Positions 48,504-57,732 of a stretch of 64,000 nt of DNA are shown in pieces; position 1 is the stretch's first letter, and each line of letters begins with the position of its first letter. This DNA comes from a virus. The DNA is taken from positions 37,110 to 101,109 of IMG/VR virus record IMGVR_UViG_3300042731_001312; one strand, written 5' to 3'. Position numbers and translations under genes: made by a program. The notes below the pieces were generated by a model, which ran no database searches, was not told the DNA's origin, and was given only the letters and a program-made list of their open reading frames with translations.

Positions 48504-48976
48504 TGTCAATAAAGAACTTAAAACCCAGTGGAAACTCAGGATTTGTACAAGGCTATTACGAACCACAGAATCCTGATAAGTATATCGGACCAACTCCGAT
48601 CATCTACCGTTCTTCCTGGGAAAGAAAGTTTATGATAATGTGTGATACAAAAGATAATGTATTAAAATGGTCAAGCGAACCAGTTGAAATCAAATACTGG
48701 TCTTCAATGGATAAGAAAGAACATAAGTATTATCCAGACTTCTATATGAAAACAGAAGGAGATGAAGGCCCAGTAGAATGGCTGGTTGAGATTAAACCAG
48801 AAGCACAGATTAAAAAGCCTACTCCACCTAAAACTAAATCTAAGAAAGCATTGAACTCATATAAATTTTTAGCAGAGCAATATGTTAAGAATAGAGATAA
48901 GTATGCTTATGCTAATGCTTGGTGTGAAAATAGAGGTTGGAGGTTTATTGTTTTAACAGAAAAAACTCTTAAATAA
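48503..48976 (+). CDS. gp4: Head completion nuclease (gp4, TnsA-like)
   Basis: NPDKYIG, YRSSWE, WSSE, YYPDF, LVEIKP, LTEK. Confidence 0.92.
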   Translation: MSIKNLKPSGNSGFVQGYYEPQNPDKYIGPTPIIYRSSWERKFMIMCDTKDNVLKWSSEPVEIKYWSSMDKKEHKYYPDFYMKTEGDEGPVEWLVEIKPEAQIKKPTPPKTKSKKALNSYKFLAEQYVKNRDKYAYANAWCENRGWRFIVLTEKTLK

Positions 48977-49572
48977 TGGGCGAGATTAGGAAACAAATAC
49001 GACTATTAAGTAAAGAGTTTGGCAGTAAAACTAAAGCTGCTAAAGAGGCTGAAGCGTGGTTTGAAACCAGTAAAAAATCAGTCAGAGAGAAAGCGGTCGC
49101 TAGATCTTCTCGACCATTTCAACCAGGTAAAATATACGTATTTAGGTATGATAATCCTATCTCAGCTTTTTGGTGGGATAGTAACCCAGTTGTATTAGCC
49201 TTAAATAAGGCAGATAATGGCAATGATATGGGTATTAACCTGAATATGCTTCCAGTAAAAGTAAAAGAGGACCTATTGGATTTTATATACGAACAGTATA
49301 TGGGATATATTCAAGGTCAGACTAGGGGGTCGAAAACTGAGAATGCCAGAGCACAGGCACCACTTTCACTCTCTTACCAAGGTGCAAAATCATTTTTAAA
49401 AAGGTATGGTTTTGACTTTGCGATTAGACAATATGCTAATACTCGTAAAACAGAACAAGTTGTGGTGTCCTATGAACACTGGGGTAGAATAGCACTTTGT
49501 GACTTTCTAGAATTAAATAACTCGTCCGTTGGTAAGATCAGGGCGGCCTTCAGAAAGCACCTAAATAAATGA
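48976..49572 (+). CDS. gp2: DNA end protector (gp2-like)
   Basis: PGKIYVFRYD, WDSNPVV, GINLNMLP, AIRQY; follows gp4. Confidence 0.8.
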   Translation: MGEIRKQIRLLSKEFGSKTKAAKEAEAWFETSKKSVREKAVARSSRPFQPGKIYVFRYDNPISAFWWDSNPVVLALNKADNGNDMGINLNMLPVKVKEDLLDFIYEQYMGYIQGQTRGSKTENARAQAPLSLSYQGAKSFLKRYGFDFAIRQYANTRKTEQVVVSYEHWGRIALCDFLELNNSSVGKIRAAFRKHLNK

Positions 49573-49581
49573 GATATATAA
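49573..49581 (+). promoter_or_regulatory. Late-type promoter (portal)
   Basis: GATATATAA. Confidence 0.8.
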
Positions 49582-49601
49582 AACAGAAATAATACTATAT
49601 T

Positions 49602-51197
49602 ATGGCAGGATTTACCGACAAACGAAACGGGCCATTTAGCTCAAATACCAGACCATTTAGCCTTTCAAATGCTTTGAAATCGCTAAGTTCTTTTGGTATG
49701 CGCTATGATGACATGGTCTTACGCCAGTCCCAGGCTATTGGTCCTATGGAAGACCAATTTGGCTATAGGGAAATGAATCCATTTGGTTTAGATAACGATG
49801 ACATCTACGGTGCGTTTGCCGCACTCTCGATGGGTGACATTAATATGAAGAAGAACGTACCGTTCTTTGATATTGATTATCCAGGTAAGAGAGATGAGTT
49901 GAGAAGATTCTCAATGAACGATGAGATTGAAGATATTCTAGATATTCTTTGTGATGAGGCAGTGGTATATGATGATAAGAATTTCTTCTGTCAACCAGAA
50001 ATTATGGGACTTGATGTCTCAGACCAGGTTAACAAAGACCTGAACAAATACTTTAGACAGATCTATCACTACTTTGGATTTAACGGCGAGCAATCAGCCT
50101 GGTATTTCTTTAGAAAATTCTTAGTAGATGGTTATCTATCATTCGAGATAATTTATTCCCCAGACCAAAAAGAGATTATTGGATTTAAAGAGTTAGATCC
50201 TGTAACTCTAATGCCAGGTTACAATAAAGACGATGGTAAGAAAGTTTGGGTACAATATAAAGACGATCCAGTAAAAGAGAGGGTATTATATGATTCTCAA
50301 ATCATTTATATCGCATACTCTTCACTTTCAACTGCATCTAGAGTCTCTTATGTTGAGCGTCTAGTTAGAGCGTTTAACCTACTTAGAATTATGGAACACA
50401 CCAGAGTAATCTGGGCAGTGACCAACGCTTCATTTAGAATGAAGTTTATTATTCCTGTTGGTGGTAAATCTAAAACAAGAGCAAAGCAATCATTGGCTCA
50501 GCTAATGAATAACTATAAAGAGGTTGTTGATTTTGACTTTGAATCAGGTACACTACAGACTGATGGTAAGCCAATGCTACAATTCTCAAAAGAATACTGG
50601 TTACCTTCTAAAGACGGTGAACAACCAGAAATTGAAACTCTCGGTGGTGAGGGACCAGATCTATCAGATACTGAAGCAGTTAAATACTTCTCTGATAAAC
50701 TTAAAGAGGTTTCTAAAATTCCTTACAACAGATTCTTATATGAAGATGACGGCGGTGACTATGCATTAGCAGGTGATGGTATGGTAAGAGATGAGATTAA
50801 GTTTGGTAAATTTATCAAGCGTCTAAGATCAGTCTTCCAAGAAATCTTAGTGAAGCCTCTGTATATTCAAATGTGTCTTAAGTACCCAGAGTTTGTGGAC
50901 GATCCACAATTTAAAACCCAAGTTGCTCTAAGATATAATGAGGAGAATGTCTTTGCAGAATTAAAAGAGCAAGAAATCATGCAGTTGAGATTAGACTTTA
51001 TCTCAAGTATGAGAGATTCTCTAATGACTACAAACCAAGAAACTATGGAAGAAGAATACTACTTTGACCAAGAATATCTGGTAACTAAATACTTAAAACT
51101 AACCGACGACGAGATTAGAGCTAACAAGGCATATAAGGCAAAAGCTGCTAAAGCTGACGCAGAAGAGCCAGAGCCAGAAGACCCAATGGCACTCTAA
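49602..51197 (+). CDS. gp20: Portal protein
   Basis: FLVDG, ELDP, FNLLRIME...WAV, EYWLPSKDG..PEIETLGG, RDEIKFGKFIKRLR. Confidence 0.93.
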   Translation: MAGFTDKRNGPFSSNTRPFSLSNALKSLSSFGMRYDDMVLRQSQAIGPMEDQFGYREMNPFGLDNDDIYGAFAALSMGDINMKKNVPFFDIDYPGKRDELRRFSMNDEIEDILDILCDEAVVYDDKNFFCQPEIMGLDVSDQVNKDLNKYFRQIYHYFGFNGEQSAWYFFRKFLVDGYLSFEIIYSPDQKEIIGFKELDPVTLMPGYNKDDGKKVWVQYKDDPVKERVLYDSQIIYIAYSSLSTASRVSYVERLVRAFNLLRIMEHTRVIWAVTNASFRMKFIIPVGGKSKTRAKQSLAQLMNNYKEVVDFDFESGTLQTDGKPMLQFSKEYWLPSKDGEQPEIETLGGEGPDLSDTEAVKYFSDKLKEVSKIPYNRFLYEDDGGDYALAGDGMVRDEIKFGKFIKRLRSVFQEILVKPLYIQMCLKYPEFVDDPQFKTQVALRYNEENVFAELKEQEIMQLRLDFISSMRDSLMTTNQETMEEEYYFDQEYLVTKYLKLTDDEIRANKAYKAKAAKADAEEPEPEDPMAL

Positions 51198-51230
51198 CCT
51201 AGATCTGATAGAAAAAGAGATATATAATTT

Positions 51231-51569
51231 ATGAAAATTATTAAAACATTTGAAGAGTTTATCCAGGAGGATGCCCTAAAAGCAGGCGAGGAGTCTAAGG
51301 TCTACGTTGAAGATCTGAAATTAGACTCAGGTGCAACTATTAAATCTGCTGAAATTTTAGGTGCTATCACCGCGTCTGCAACCGAGAACGATTTTAAAGA
51401 TTATTTCTTTAATGAGTACGGTAATGATGCATTCGCAGAGGGTGAAATGGACATCTTAGTAAAATACTACCTAGACAAATCCGCTGAAGAAGCTGAAGAG
51501 GAAAAAGAAGCCGAGAAGGAAGAAGGCGAAGAAGGCGGCGAGGAAGAAGATCCATTAGCTGGCATCTAA
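51231..51569 (+). CDS. Acidic prohead core protein (gp67/68 position)
   Basis: Between portal and protease; MKIIKTFEEFIQE; acidic tail. Confidence 0.55.
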   Translation: MKIIKTFEEFIQEDALKAGEESKVYVEDLKLDSGATIKSAEILGAITASATENDFKDYFFNEYGNDAFAEGEMDILVKYYLDKSAEEAEEEKEAEKEEGEEGGEEEDPLAGI

Positions 51570-51601
51570 AAAGGTATTAAGATAATTGCATAATACAAGC
51601 A

Positions 51602-51610
51602 GATATATAA
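51602..51610 (+). promoter_or_regulatory. Late-type promoter (protease-scaffold)
   Basis: GATATATAA. Confidence 0.8.
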
Positions 51611-51632
51611 TAAAAATAGATAAACCATAGAT

Positions 51633-53819
51633 ATGGCAAAATTAAATGACTTATTGATTGTCGAAATGTCTTCGTCTCAATTGAGCGTCGCTCAATCAGA
51701 GAACAAAGATTATATTCTAGAGGGTATCTTTGGAGAAATTGACTCCAAAAATAAAAATAATCGTATCTATACTGAAGATGAGTATGTACCTCAGATTCAG
51801 CAACTGCAAGATAAGATTAAATCATCAAAGCTATTAGGTGAGTTAGATCACCCACAGCAATTTGATGTTTCCCTAAAGAATGTATCACACATTATCGAAG
51901 AACTTTATTACGACAAAGACAACAAACAAGTAAAAGGTAAAATCAGACTTTTAGATACTGATGCTGGTAGACAAGCTAAAGCTCTTGTTGATGCAGGTGT
52001 ACCTTTACAAATTTCTTCTAGAGCGGCAGGTGCTGTTGAATCTAATGGTAAAGTAAAAATCAAGCAATTATTTACTTATGACCTAGTAGCAGATCCTGGT
52101 TTCGCTAATGCCGAGTTAAAGAGAGTAAACGAATCTTATGGATTCGATAACGAATCAGGTCTATGGATCTATGAAATGAACGGCGAAGGAGAAGTTGCAC
52201 AAGAAATTACTGAAACCAATATTGAAACAAATAATAATAAAAACATGGCAGAATTTGTAAAGGCTGAAGATTTCCACAAGTATTCTGAGTACTTAGCTGG
52301 TGAAATTAAGTCAATTAAAGAGTCTATCGACGCGAAAAGCGAAGATACTACGTTAGAGAACGTAAAGTCTCATAACGACCACATCGTCGAAAGCGTAAAT
52401 ACTCTCTCAGAATACGTAGAGTATTTAGCCGGCAAATTAGACGAGTCAATTCAATATACAGAGCATGTTGCTGAGAAAGCTGACCAAGGTATTTCTTACA
52501 CTGAGACTGTTGCAGAAAAATTAGATCAAGGTATTCAATACTCTGAGCACTTAGCTGAAGCTATCGGTAAAGTTAAGGATTTCGCTAATTATTTAGCTGA
52601 AGCACACAATGAAGGTACAGATACTGCTAAGAATTTATTATCTTATGTAGAATACTTAAAAGAAAACCTACAATCTGTTTCTGAGTATGCTGAATATATC
52701 GCAACACAAATCAATGAAAATTTAGTAACTGAAGAAGAAACTGAAGAAGTAGCTGAAGAAGAAGTTGAAGAAACTGAAGAGGCACACCACGAAGAAGTTG
52801 AAGAAACTGAAGAAGTAGCTGAAGAAGATGAGGCTGGTGAAGGTGCTGAAGAAGTAGTTGACGAAGAAGACGAAGCTGGTGAAGGTGCTGAAGAAGTAGT
52901 TGACGAAGAAGATGAGGCTGGTGAAGGTGCTGAAGAAGTAGTTGACGAAGAAGAAGTAGCTGAAGAAGATGAGGCTGGTGAAGGTGCTGAAGAAGTAGTT
53001 GACGAAGAAGAAGCTGCAGAAGAAGTTGAAGAAACTGAAGAAGTTACTGAAGACGATGATGCTGAAGAGCCTGGTCAAGAAAAAGAAGACGCTGAAGATG
53101 ACATCGAAGAAATTGGTGACAATTCAGAAGAAGGTGATGTAGATCCTAAAGGTGACATCGGTGAGCCTGCAGAAGAATTAGAAGATGAAACTGTAAAATC
53201 AGACGCTGAAGTTGAAGATGAGACTGAAGAGGCTGAACCAGGTGAGTCTGAAGAAGAGGCTGAAGGTGAAGATGGCGCACACGACCCATTAGAATCTTAC
53301 AAAAAAGAAATTTCATCTAAATTAGACGCTCTAGTTGAAGCTGCACAGGTTAAAGAAAATGAAAACCCATCTTTCTTTAAGATTGTATCTGCCACAACTC
53401 AAGAGAAATATAACGCTCTAAATGAAGATGCTAAAACTGAAGTTAGACAAAAGGTTGCTAAGAGAGGTTTCATGACTGAAGCACAAATCAACGCTATCGT
53501 TGAAAGTGCAGAAGCAGTAGTTGAATCTAGAAACTCTGAGCCTTTCTTTATCACTGCAATGCCTGCAGAGTACAAAGAGAAATTTGAAGCTCTAACTGAA
53601 GCAAAACAAAATCAAATCAAAGCTCAAGCTAATTACCATACTCTAAATACTGAGTATCAAGTTAGAAACTTCTGGGAAACTAGAGATCTAAGAGAGGTAA
53701 AAGTTGACCTAGAAAAATTACAAGCGGTAAACGAATCAGCAGTAAAATCTGATGAGAAGAAGCCACTTTATGATGTTTCTAACTACGCTGATAGCTTAAA
53801 GAAAAGATTTAAAAAGTAA
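51633..53819 (+). CDS. gp21: Prohead protease fused to scaffold (gp21-gp22-like)
   Basis: LEGIF, NKNNRIY, GELDHP, VSH, ISSRAAG, YDLVADPG in the first ~170 aa, then a long acidic helical scaffold-like region; directly upstream of the major capsid gene. Confidence 0.88.
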   Translation: MAKLNDLLIVEMSSSQLSVAQSENKDYILEGIFGEIDSKNKNNRIYTEDEYVPQIQQLQDKIKSSKLLGELDHPQQFDVSLKNVSHIIEELYYDKDNKQVKGKIRLLDTDAGRQAKALVDAGVPLQISSRAAGAVESNGKVKIKQLFTYDLVADPGFANAELKRVNESYGFDNESGLWIYEMNGEGEVAQEITETNIETNNNKNMAEFVKAEDFHKYSEYLAGEIKSIKESIDAKSEDTTLENVKSHNDHIVESVNTLSEYVEYLAGKLDESIQYTEHVAEKADQGISYTETVAEKLDQGIQYSEHLAEAIGKVKDFANYLAEAHNEGTDTAKNLLSYVEYLKENLQSVSEYAEYIATQINENLVTEEETEEVAEEEVEETEEAHHEEVEETEEVAEEDEAGEGAEEVVDEEDEAGEGAEEVVDEEDEAGEGAEEVVDEEEVAEEDEAGEGAEEVVDEEEAAEEVEETEEVTEDDDAEEPGQEKEDAEDDIEEIGDNSEEGDVDPKGDIGEPAEELEDETVKSDAEVEDETEEAEPGESEEEAEGEDGAHDPLESYKKEISSKLDALVEAAQVKENENPSFFKIVSATTQEKYNALNEDAKTEVRQKVAKRGFMTEAQINAIVESAEAVVESRNSEPFFITAMPAEYKEKFEALTEAKQNQIKAQANYHTLNTEYQVRNFWETRDLREVKVDLEKLQAVNESAVKSDEKKPLYDVSNYADSLKKRFKK
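52821..53003 (+). repeat. 42-bp tandem repeat x4 (EEDEAGEGAEEVVD)
   Basis: Units at 52821, 52863, 52905 and 52962. Confidence 0.92.
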
Positions 53820-53820
53820 A

Positions 53821-53829
53821 GATATATAA
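53821..53829 (+). promoter_or_regulatory. Late-type promoter (major capsid gene)
   Basis: GATATATAA. Confidence 0.8.
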
Positions 53830-53931
53830 ACAACAATCGACGATATAGGGTGACAGAAGCAAAACACCCAAGCAAGTCGAGTTCCTAACGGAACATTAAT
53901 AAAAACCATTGAAAAAAATAAAATCTGAAAA

Positions 53932-55326
53932 ATGGCAAATTTAATTAACGAAGCTGAGATCAGAAATACTTGGGCTCCTATTATCGAGGAAGCTACTGGT
54001 ATCAATGAATCAGCAAAACTAGCTTGGATGTCGGAATACTGCCACAATCACAAGCTTTATGAAGATGCTAACATCGTATCTCTTAACCCAGGTATGACAT
54101 TAGCAGGTATGGGTGACACTGCGTTCCCAACATCAACTGCAAACGGTTCTGGTGACAAAGCTCCAACTTTATTACCATTAGCAATGCAAGTTGCTGCACA
54201 AACTATCGGTCTTGATTTAGTACCTGTAGTTCCTATGGCTGGTCCAATGGGTCTACTTTCTTACCTAGACTTCGTATACGAAGGTGGTACTTTAGGTGGT
54301 GCTAAGCCTAACTACGCTGACGGTCGTGTTGCTCCAACTTACATCAAAGCTACTGCAGGTGCTGTTGTAGCAGATGCTACTTACGCAACTAAGTTAGATC
54401 AAAAGTCAAGAATTGACGGTAAAGACATCTGGAAAATCGAAGACGCAGGTCAAGCTGCTATCGGTGCTGAAGAGTCTTACGTTGACTTATTCACATCTAT
54501 TTCAGGTGTTGAATTAGTTGCTGCTCTAGAAGACCACATTCCTGGTTTCTCTGGTGCTAACGATGCAGGCGCGCCAATGTCAAGAGGTTTAGGTGAATCT
54601 ACTCCTGACAAAGTAATGGGTCTAAGCTTATTCTCTAAGTCAGTTTCTGCAGAAACTTTCCAAGTTGCTGCTGCTGTAACTAGAGAGCAAGTTCAAGATC
54701 TTAAGCAATTCGGTGTTGACGCTGTTGCTCAAGTAGAAGCAGTTTTAACTAACGAATTGACTCAGTCAATCAACAACCACATCTTAACCAAGATGAGATC
54801 TATCGCTGGTGAAAACCTATTCGGTGCTGGTCAGAAATTAGATCTAGATCTTTCTGCTGGTGAAACTAAAGGTGACGCACACAGAAGAATCTTAACAGCT
54901 ATCTTAGCTTCTGCGAACTTAATCGCTCAAAGAGGTAGAAGAGGTGCTGGTAACTTCGCTGTAGTAGGCGGTAAAGTTGCTTCTGCATTACAAGGTGTTG
55001 CTGGTTTCGTTGCTTACCCAATGGCTAACACTGTAAACCAAGTTGCTGGTGCAATCTATCCTTTAGGTTCGATCGCTGGTATCAACGTTTACACTGACCC
55101 ATCAATCTCTTTCGACTCAGTAGAAGTACTAGTTGGTAGAAAAGGTGACGGTAACGGTCCAGGTCTTGTATTCATGCCTTACTTAATGGCTGAATCAGTA
55201 CAAGCTATCGTTGAAGGCACAATGGCTCCTAAAGTAGCTGTTAAGTCTAGATACGCTCTAGTTGAAGCTGGTTTCCACCCAGGTACTCAATACGAGAAAT
55301 TTGAACTAGAAAACTTCAATCTATAA
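53932..55326 (+). CDS. gp23: Major capsid protein
   Basis: VPMAGPMG, KSVSAET, EQVQDLK, ELTQSIN, GAGNF, FMPY, VKSRYAL; strong codon bias. Confidence 0.93.
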   Translation: MANLINEAEIRNTWAPIIEEATGINESAKLAWMSEYCHNHKLYEDANIVSLNPGMTLAGMGDTAFPTSTANGSGDKAPTLLPLAMQVAAQTIGLDLVPVVPMAGPMGLLSYLDFVYEGGTLGGAKPNYADGRVAPTYIKATAGAVVADATYATKLDQKSRIDGKDIWKIEDAGQAAIGAEESYVDLFTSISGVELVAALEDHIPGFSGANDAGAPMSRGLGESTPDKVMGLSLFSKSVSAETFQVAAAVTREQVQDLKQFGVDAVAQVEAVLTNELTQSINNHILTKMRSIAGENLFGAGQKLDLDLSAGETKGDAHRRILTAILASANLIAQRGRRGAGNFAVVGGKVASALQGVAGFVAYPMANTVNQVAGAIYPLGSIAGINVYTDPSISFDSVEVLVGRKGDGNGPGLVFMPYLMAESVQAIVEGTMAPKVAVKSRYALVEAGFHPGTQYEKFELENFNL

Positions 55327-55351
55327 TCTTAAGATTTATAGAAGTTCATAA

Positions 55352-55384
55352 AAAAGGCCCTCATTCGAGGGCCTTTTCTTTTTT
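55352..55384 (+). terminator. Intrinsic terminator after the major capsid gene
   Basis: aaaaggccctc-attc-gagggccttttctttttt. Confidence 0.88.
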
Positions 55385-55432
55385 ACCAGCAAATCTAGAT
55401 ATATAAATCATAAGAAACATAAATTGATTAAT

Positions 55433-56503
55433 ATGCTTAATACAAATAAAATCAAATTGTTTGAAGAATTTTCAGCTGGTGAAATCACTAGACCTGAACA
55501 AAATGTAGCTCCCGCTGCTAAAACACAAACAGATTCGATCGCAGTTGACAAGACTGATGGTGCTCAAATTAGAGCAGAGATTATCAAAGACGTTGATGCT
55601 ATTTTAACTAATCTAGAAACTCTATCAACTAGAATCCAAGAAAATCTTAATGGACTTAAAGCAGATGTTGAGGCTGGCGTAGCTGACGAAGACATCCTAG
55701 AAGCCCTTGTAACTATTAACGAAGCCGGCGAAATGAGCAAAAAGCTAATGGATATTATCTGGTATAAGCCAAAGGCTAAAAAGGCCATGGATAAAGTTAA
55801 TAAGATCAAACAAAATGCAGTTGCTATCGATATAGCTGCAAAAGGACTAGACGGTAGTGATGATAAAGAAAAGGCTAAGAAAGATGCTTTAAAATTAAAG
55901 GCAGATTCTGCTAAGAAGAAAGCTGATGATTTAGAAAAGGCAGTTAGAGACAAATTCTCAGATAGAAGTGAAGTTGTAAAAAAGGCTATCGCTAACAAAG
56001 ATATTGAAGGTAGATTAGATGCTATCAAACAAGAGACCGGTATGTCTGATGACCCAAAGAAAAAAGCAGAGCTTAAAAACCAAATGGGTGAACTACAAAC
56101 TCAATTAAAGAAAGAGGAAGACGCTATTAAGCAAATTGAGAAAGACGTTGATCCTGCTGAAGTTGATAATGCAAAACAAGAAATGAAAGATCATCAAGAG
56201 GCTATTAAAGCTTTAAAGAAAGATGGCTGGAAAGATGGTGGACTTCCAAAAGATAAAGAGGGTGAAACCAAAACGATGACTGGACCTGATGGCGATAAGC
56301 AAATATTCCATAAAGTAGGAAAGGCTCCAGCTGGTAAAGGCTCTCCATCCGGTTCCGGAGCAAATGAATCTATTGTTAAAGATGGTTCAGGTAGAACTAA
56401 AGCAGAAAAGATTAATTTAGATACTTTAGAAGAAAAACAAGATCCAATTATTTATGAAGGTATGAGTATTTCTGATAAATTTAAAGCTTTAATGAATAGG
56501 TAA
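55433..56503 (+). CDS. Lys/Glu-rich helical probable internal head protein
   Basis: IKLFEEF CTS-like motif; late motif at 55398; IQE/INE/ANES sites. Confidence 0.5.
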   Translation: MLNTNKIKLFEEFSAGEITRPEQNVAPAAKTQTDSIAVDKTDGAQIRAEIIKDVDAILTNLETLSTRIQENLNGLKADVEAGVADEDILEALVTINEAGEMSKKLMDIIWYKPKAKKAMDKVNKIKQNAVAIDIAAKGLDGSDDKEKAKKDALKLKADSAKKKADDLEKAVRDKFSDRSEVVKKAIANKDIEGRLDAIKQETGMSDDPKKKAELKNQMGELQTQLKKEEDAIKQIEKDVDPAEVDNAKQEMKDHQEAIKALKKDGWKDGGLPKDKEGETKTMTGPDGDKQIFHKVGKAPAGKGSPSGSGANESIVKDGSGRTKAEKINLDTLEEKQDPIIYEGMSISDKFKALMNR

Positions 56504-56524
56504 TATCAGAATATAGATATAATG

Positions 56525-56552
56525 AAAAACCCCACTTTCGTGGGGTTTTTTT
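56525..56552. terminator. Bidirectional terminator between convergent genes
   Basis: aaaaaccccac-tttc-gtggggttttttt. Confidence 0.88.
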
Positions 56553-57171
56553 ATTTCCAAGACCAAAGTCTATTTTCTTCTGAATCATGTATGACTATAG
56601 TTTTATCAGTCATCTTAGTATCGTAAAAATATCTATAATCAAATAAACATACATCTGGACCAATTGATTTAAACATTTGTTCTGATAATGCTTTTCCACC
56701 CCATGCCCAGTCTATATCTTCGTATATTGAAAGACATGAGTTTATCATTCTAGAATTAGGAGCTGCTCCTAATACAGTACAGTCTATTAAGGCGGTTTCA
56801 TTACCATCTTGACCTACAGGCCTAACTCCACCAAAGAAAGTAGTTTGGTTATGTAGTTCTTTTAGAATATGATTAAATGATTTTACTGGATTTGCATCGG
56901 CATCAATATAAACTCCTCCAAAATCTCTAAGTAAAAGTAGCCTGGTTCTATCAGCAACATGCGCCGGTTTAAAATGAATACCTATATCTTTTTTCCAATC
57001 TTGTAGAAAAACATCATCTTTGTATTGTTCTTCAAAAACTTCTTTATTAGTCCATAGATTATACTCCCAGTCTGGGTGCAGTTCTTTGACTCTGCGCATA
57101 AATTTTACGCATTTCTCCGGGATTGGTTTGTCTCCAATCCAAATCTGATGTATTATCTTTGGAATACTCAC
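56551..57171 (-). CDS. GT32-like (DxD) glycosyltransferase
   Basis: IPKIIHQIW, ADRTRL..L..FGGVYIDAD. Confidence 0.9.
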   Translation of the reverse strand: MSIPKIIHQIWIGDKPIPEKCVKFMRRVKELHPDWEYNLWTNKEVFEEQYKDDVFLQDWKKDIGIHFKPAHVADRTRLLLLRDFGGVYIDADANPVKSFNHILKELHNQTTFFGGVRPVGQDGNETALIDCTVLGAAPNSRMINSCLSIYEDIDWAWGGKALSEQMFKSIGPDVCLFDYRYFYDTKMTDKTIVIHDSEENRLWSWK

Positions 57172-57174
57172 GAT

Positions 57175-57183
57175 TTATATATC
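57175..57183 (-). promoter_or_regulatory. Late-type promoter (glycosyltransferase)
   Basis: Minus-strand GATATATAA overlapping the upstream stop. Confidence 0.65.
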
Positions 57184-57669
57184 TAACCTTTTTCTAGCGT
57201 TCTTTTTAGCAAGTTTAAGAAACTCTTCTCGTTCTGCTAGCAGAAGTTTTTTGCATTTTTTGCGAAAGTCAACTGAGGATTTAAGTATACGACTATCCAC
57301 CATAGGTGCCTTTAAAACATCATAGTATTCTGGATGCACGAAGTTCTCCAGGTCAAAATTCATAAACTTAGCCTTGATCGGTTTAAGTGAAATGGCACAA
57401 TACCAATCCACCGTATTATAGGAACGTTCTAGGCCTTTCTCGTCTAATGCTCTATCATTAATTACGTCCCAATAAATTTTAGTGCTTGTCGTTGAATTAG
57501 GTCTTTGCATTCTTAAAACACACTCCATGAACTGGTCATCATCAGACCATTTAGCAAGATTCCTGTGAGTAATTAGAAACTTTCTTAAGAATCTAGGTAA
57601 ATGCTTTAGAATAATGCCATAGCGATTAGCTGGCCAAGGGCCTCCTGTCTTTTCAATGCGTATACTCAT
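57175..57669 (-). CDS. Hypothetical basic protein
   Basis: 164-aa ORF divergent from gp44; no recognised motif. Confidence 0.65.
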   Translation of the reverse strand: MSIRIEKTGGPWPANRYGIILKHLPRFLRKFLITHRNLAKWSDDDQFMECVLRMQRPNSTTSTKIYWDVINDRALDEKGLERSYNTVDWYCAISLKPIKAKFMNFDLENFVHPEYYDVLKAPMVDSRILKSSVDFRKKCKKLLLAEREEFLKLAKKNARKRLDI

Positions 57670-57686
57670 ATAGTATATTTATCGAT

Positions 57687-57715
57687 GAAACTTTTAGGCC
57701 ACTTAGTACTATAAT
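57687..57715 (+). promoter_or_regulatory. Middle-type promoter (gp44)
   Basis: GAAAC-N18-TATAAT. Confidence 0.7.
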
Positions 57716-57732
57716 AACTAAACTCAAGTTGT

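Noticed and set aside
48503-48976. Tn7 TnsA transposase or mobile element
   Set aside because: TnsA-like fold is expected for gp4; context is gp55-gp4-gp2-gp20 with no transposon ends.
52821-53003. CRISPR-like array
   Set aside because: Contiguous in-frame coding repeats with no unique spacers.
52722-53078. Minus-strand Phe-rich 118-aa ORF
   Set aside because: Antisense shadow of GAA-rich Glu codons.
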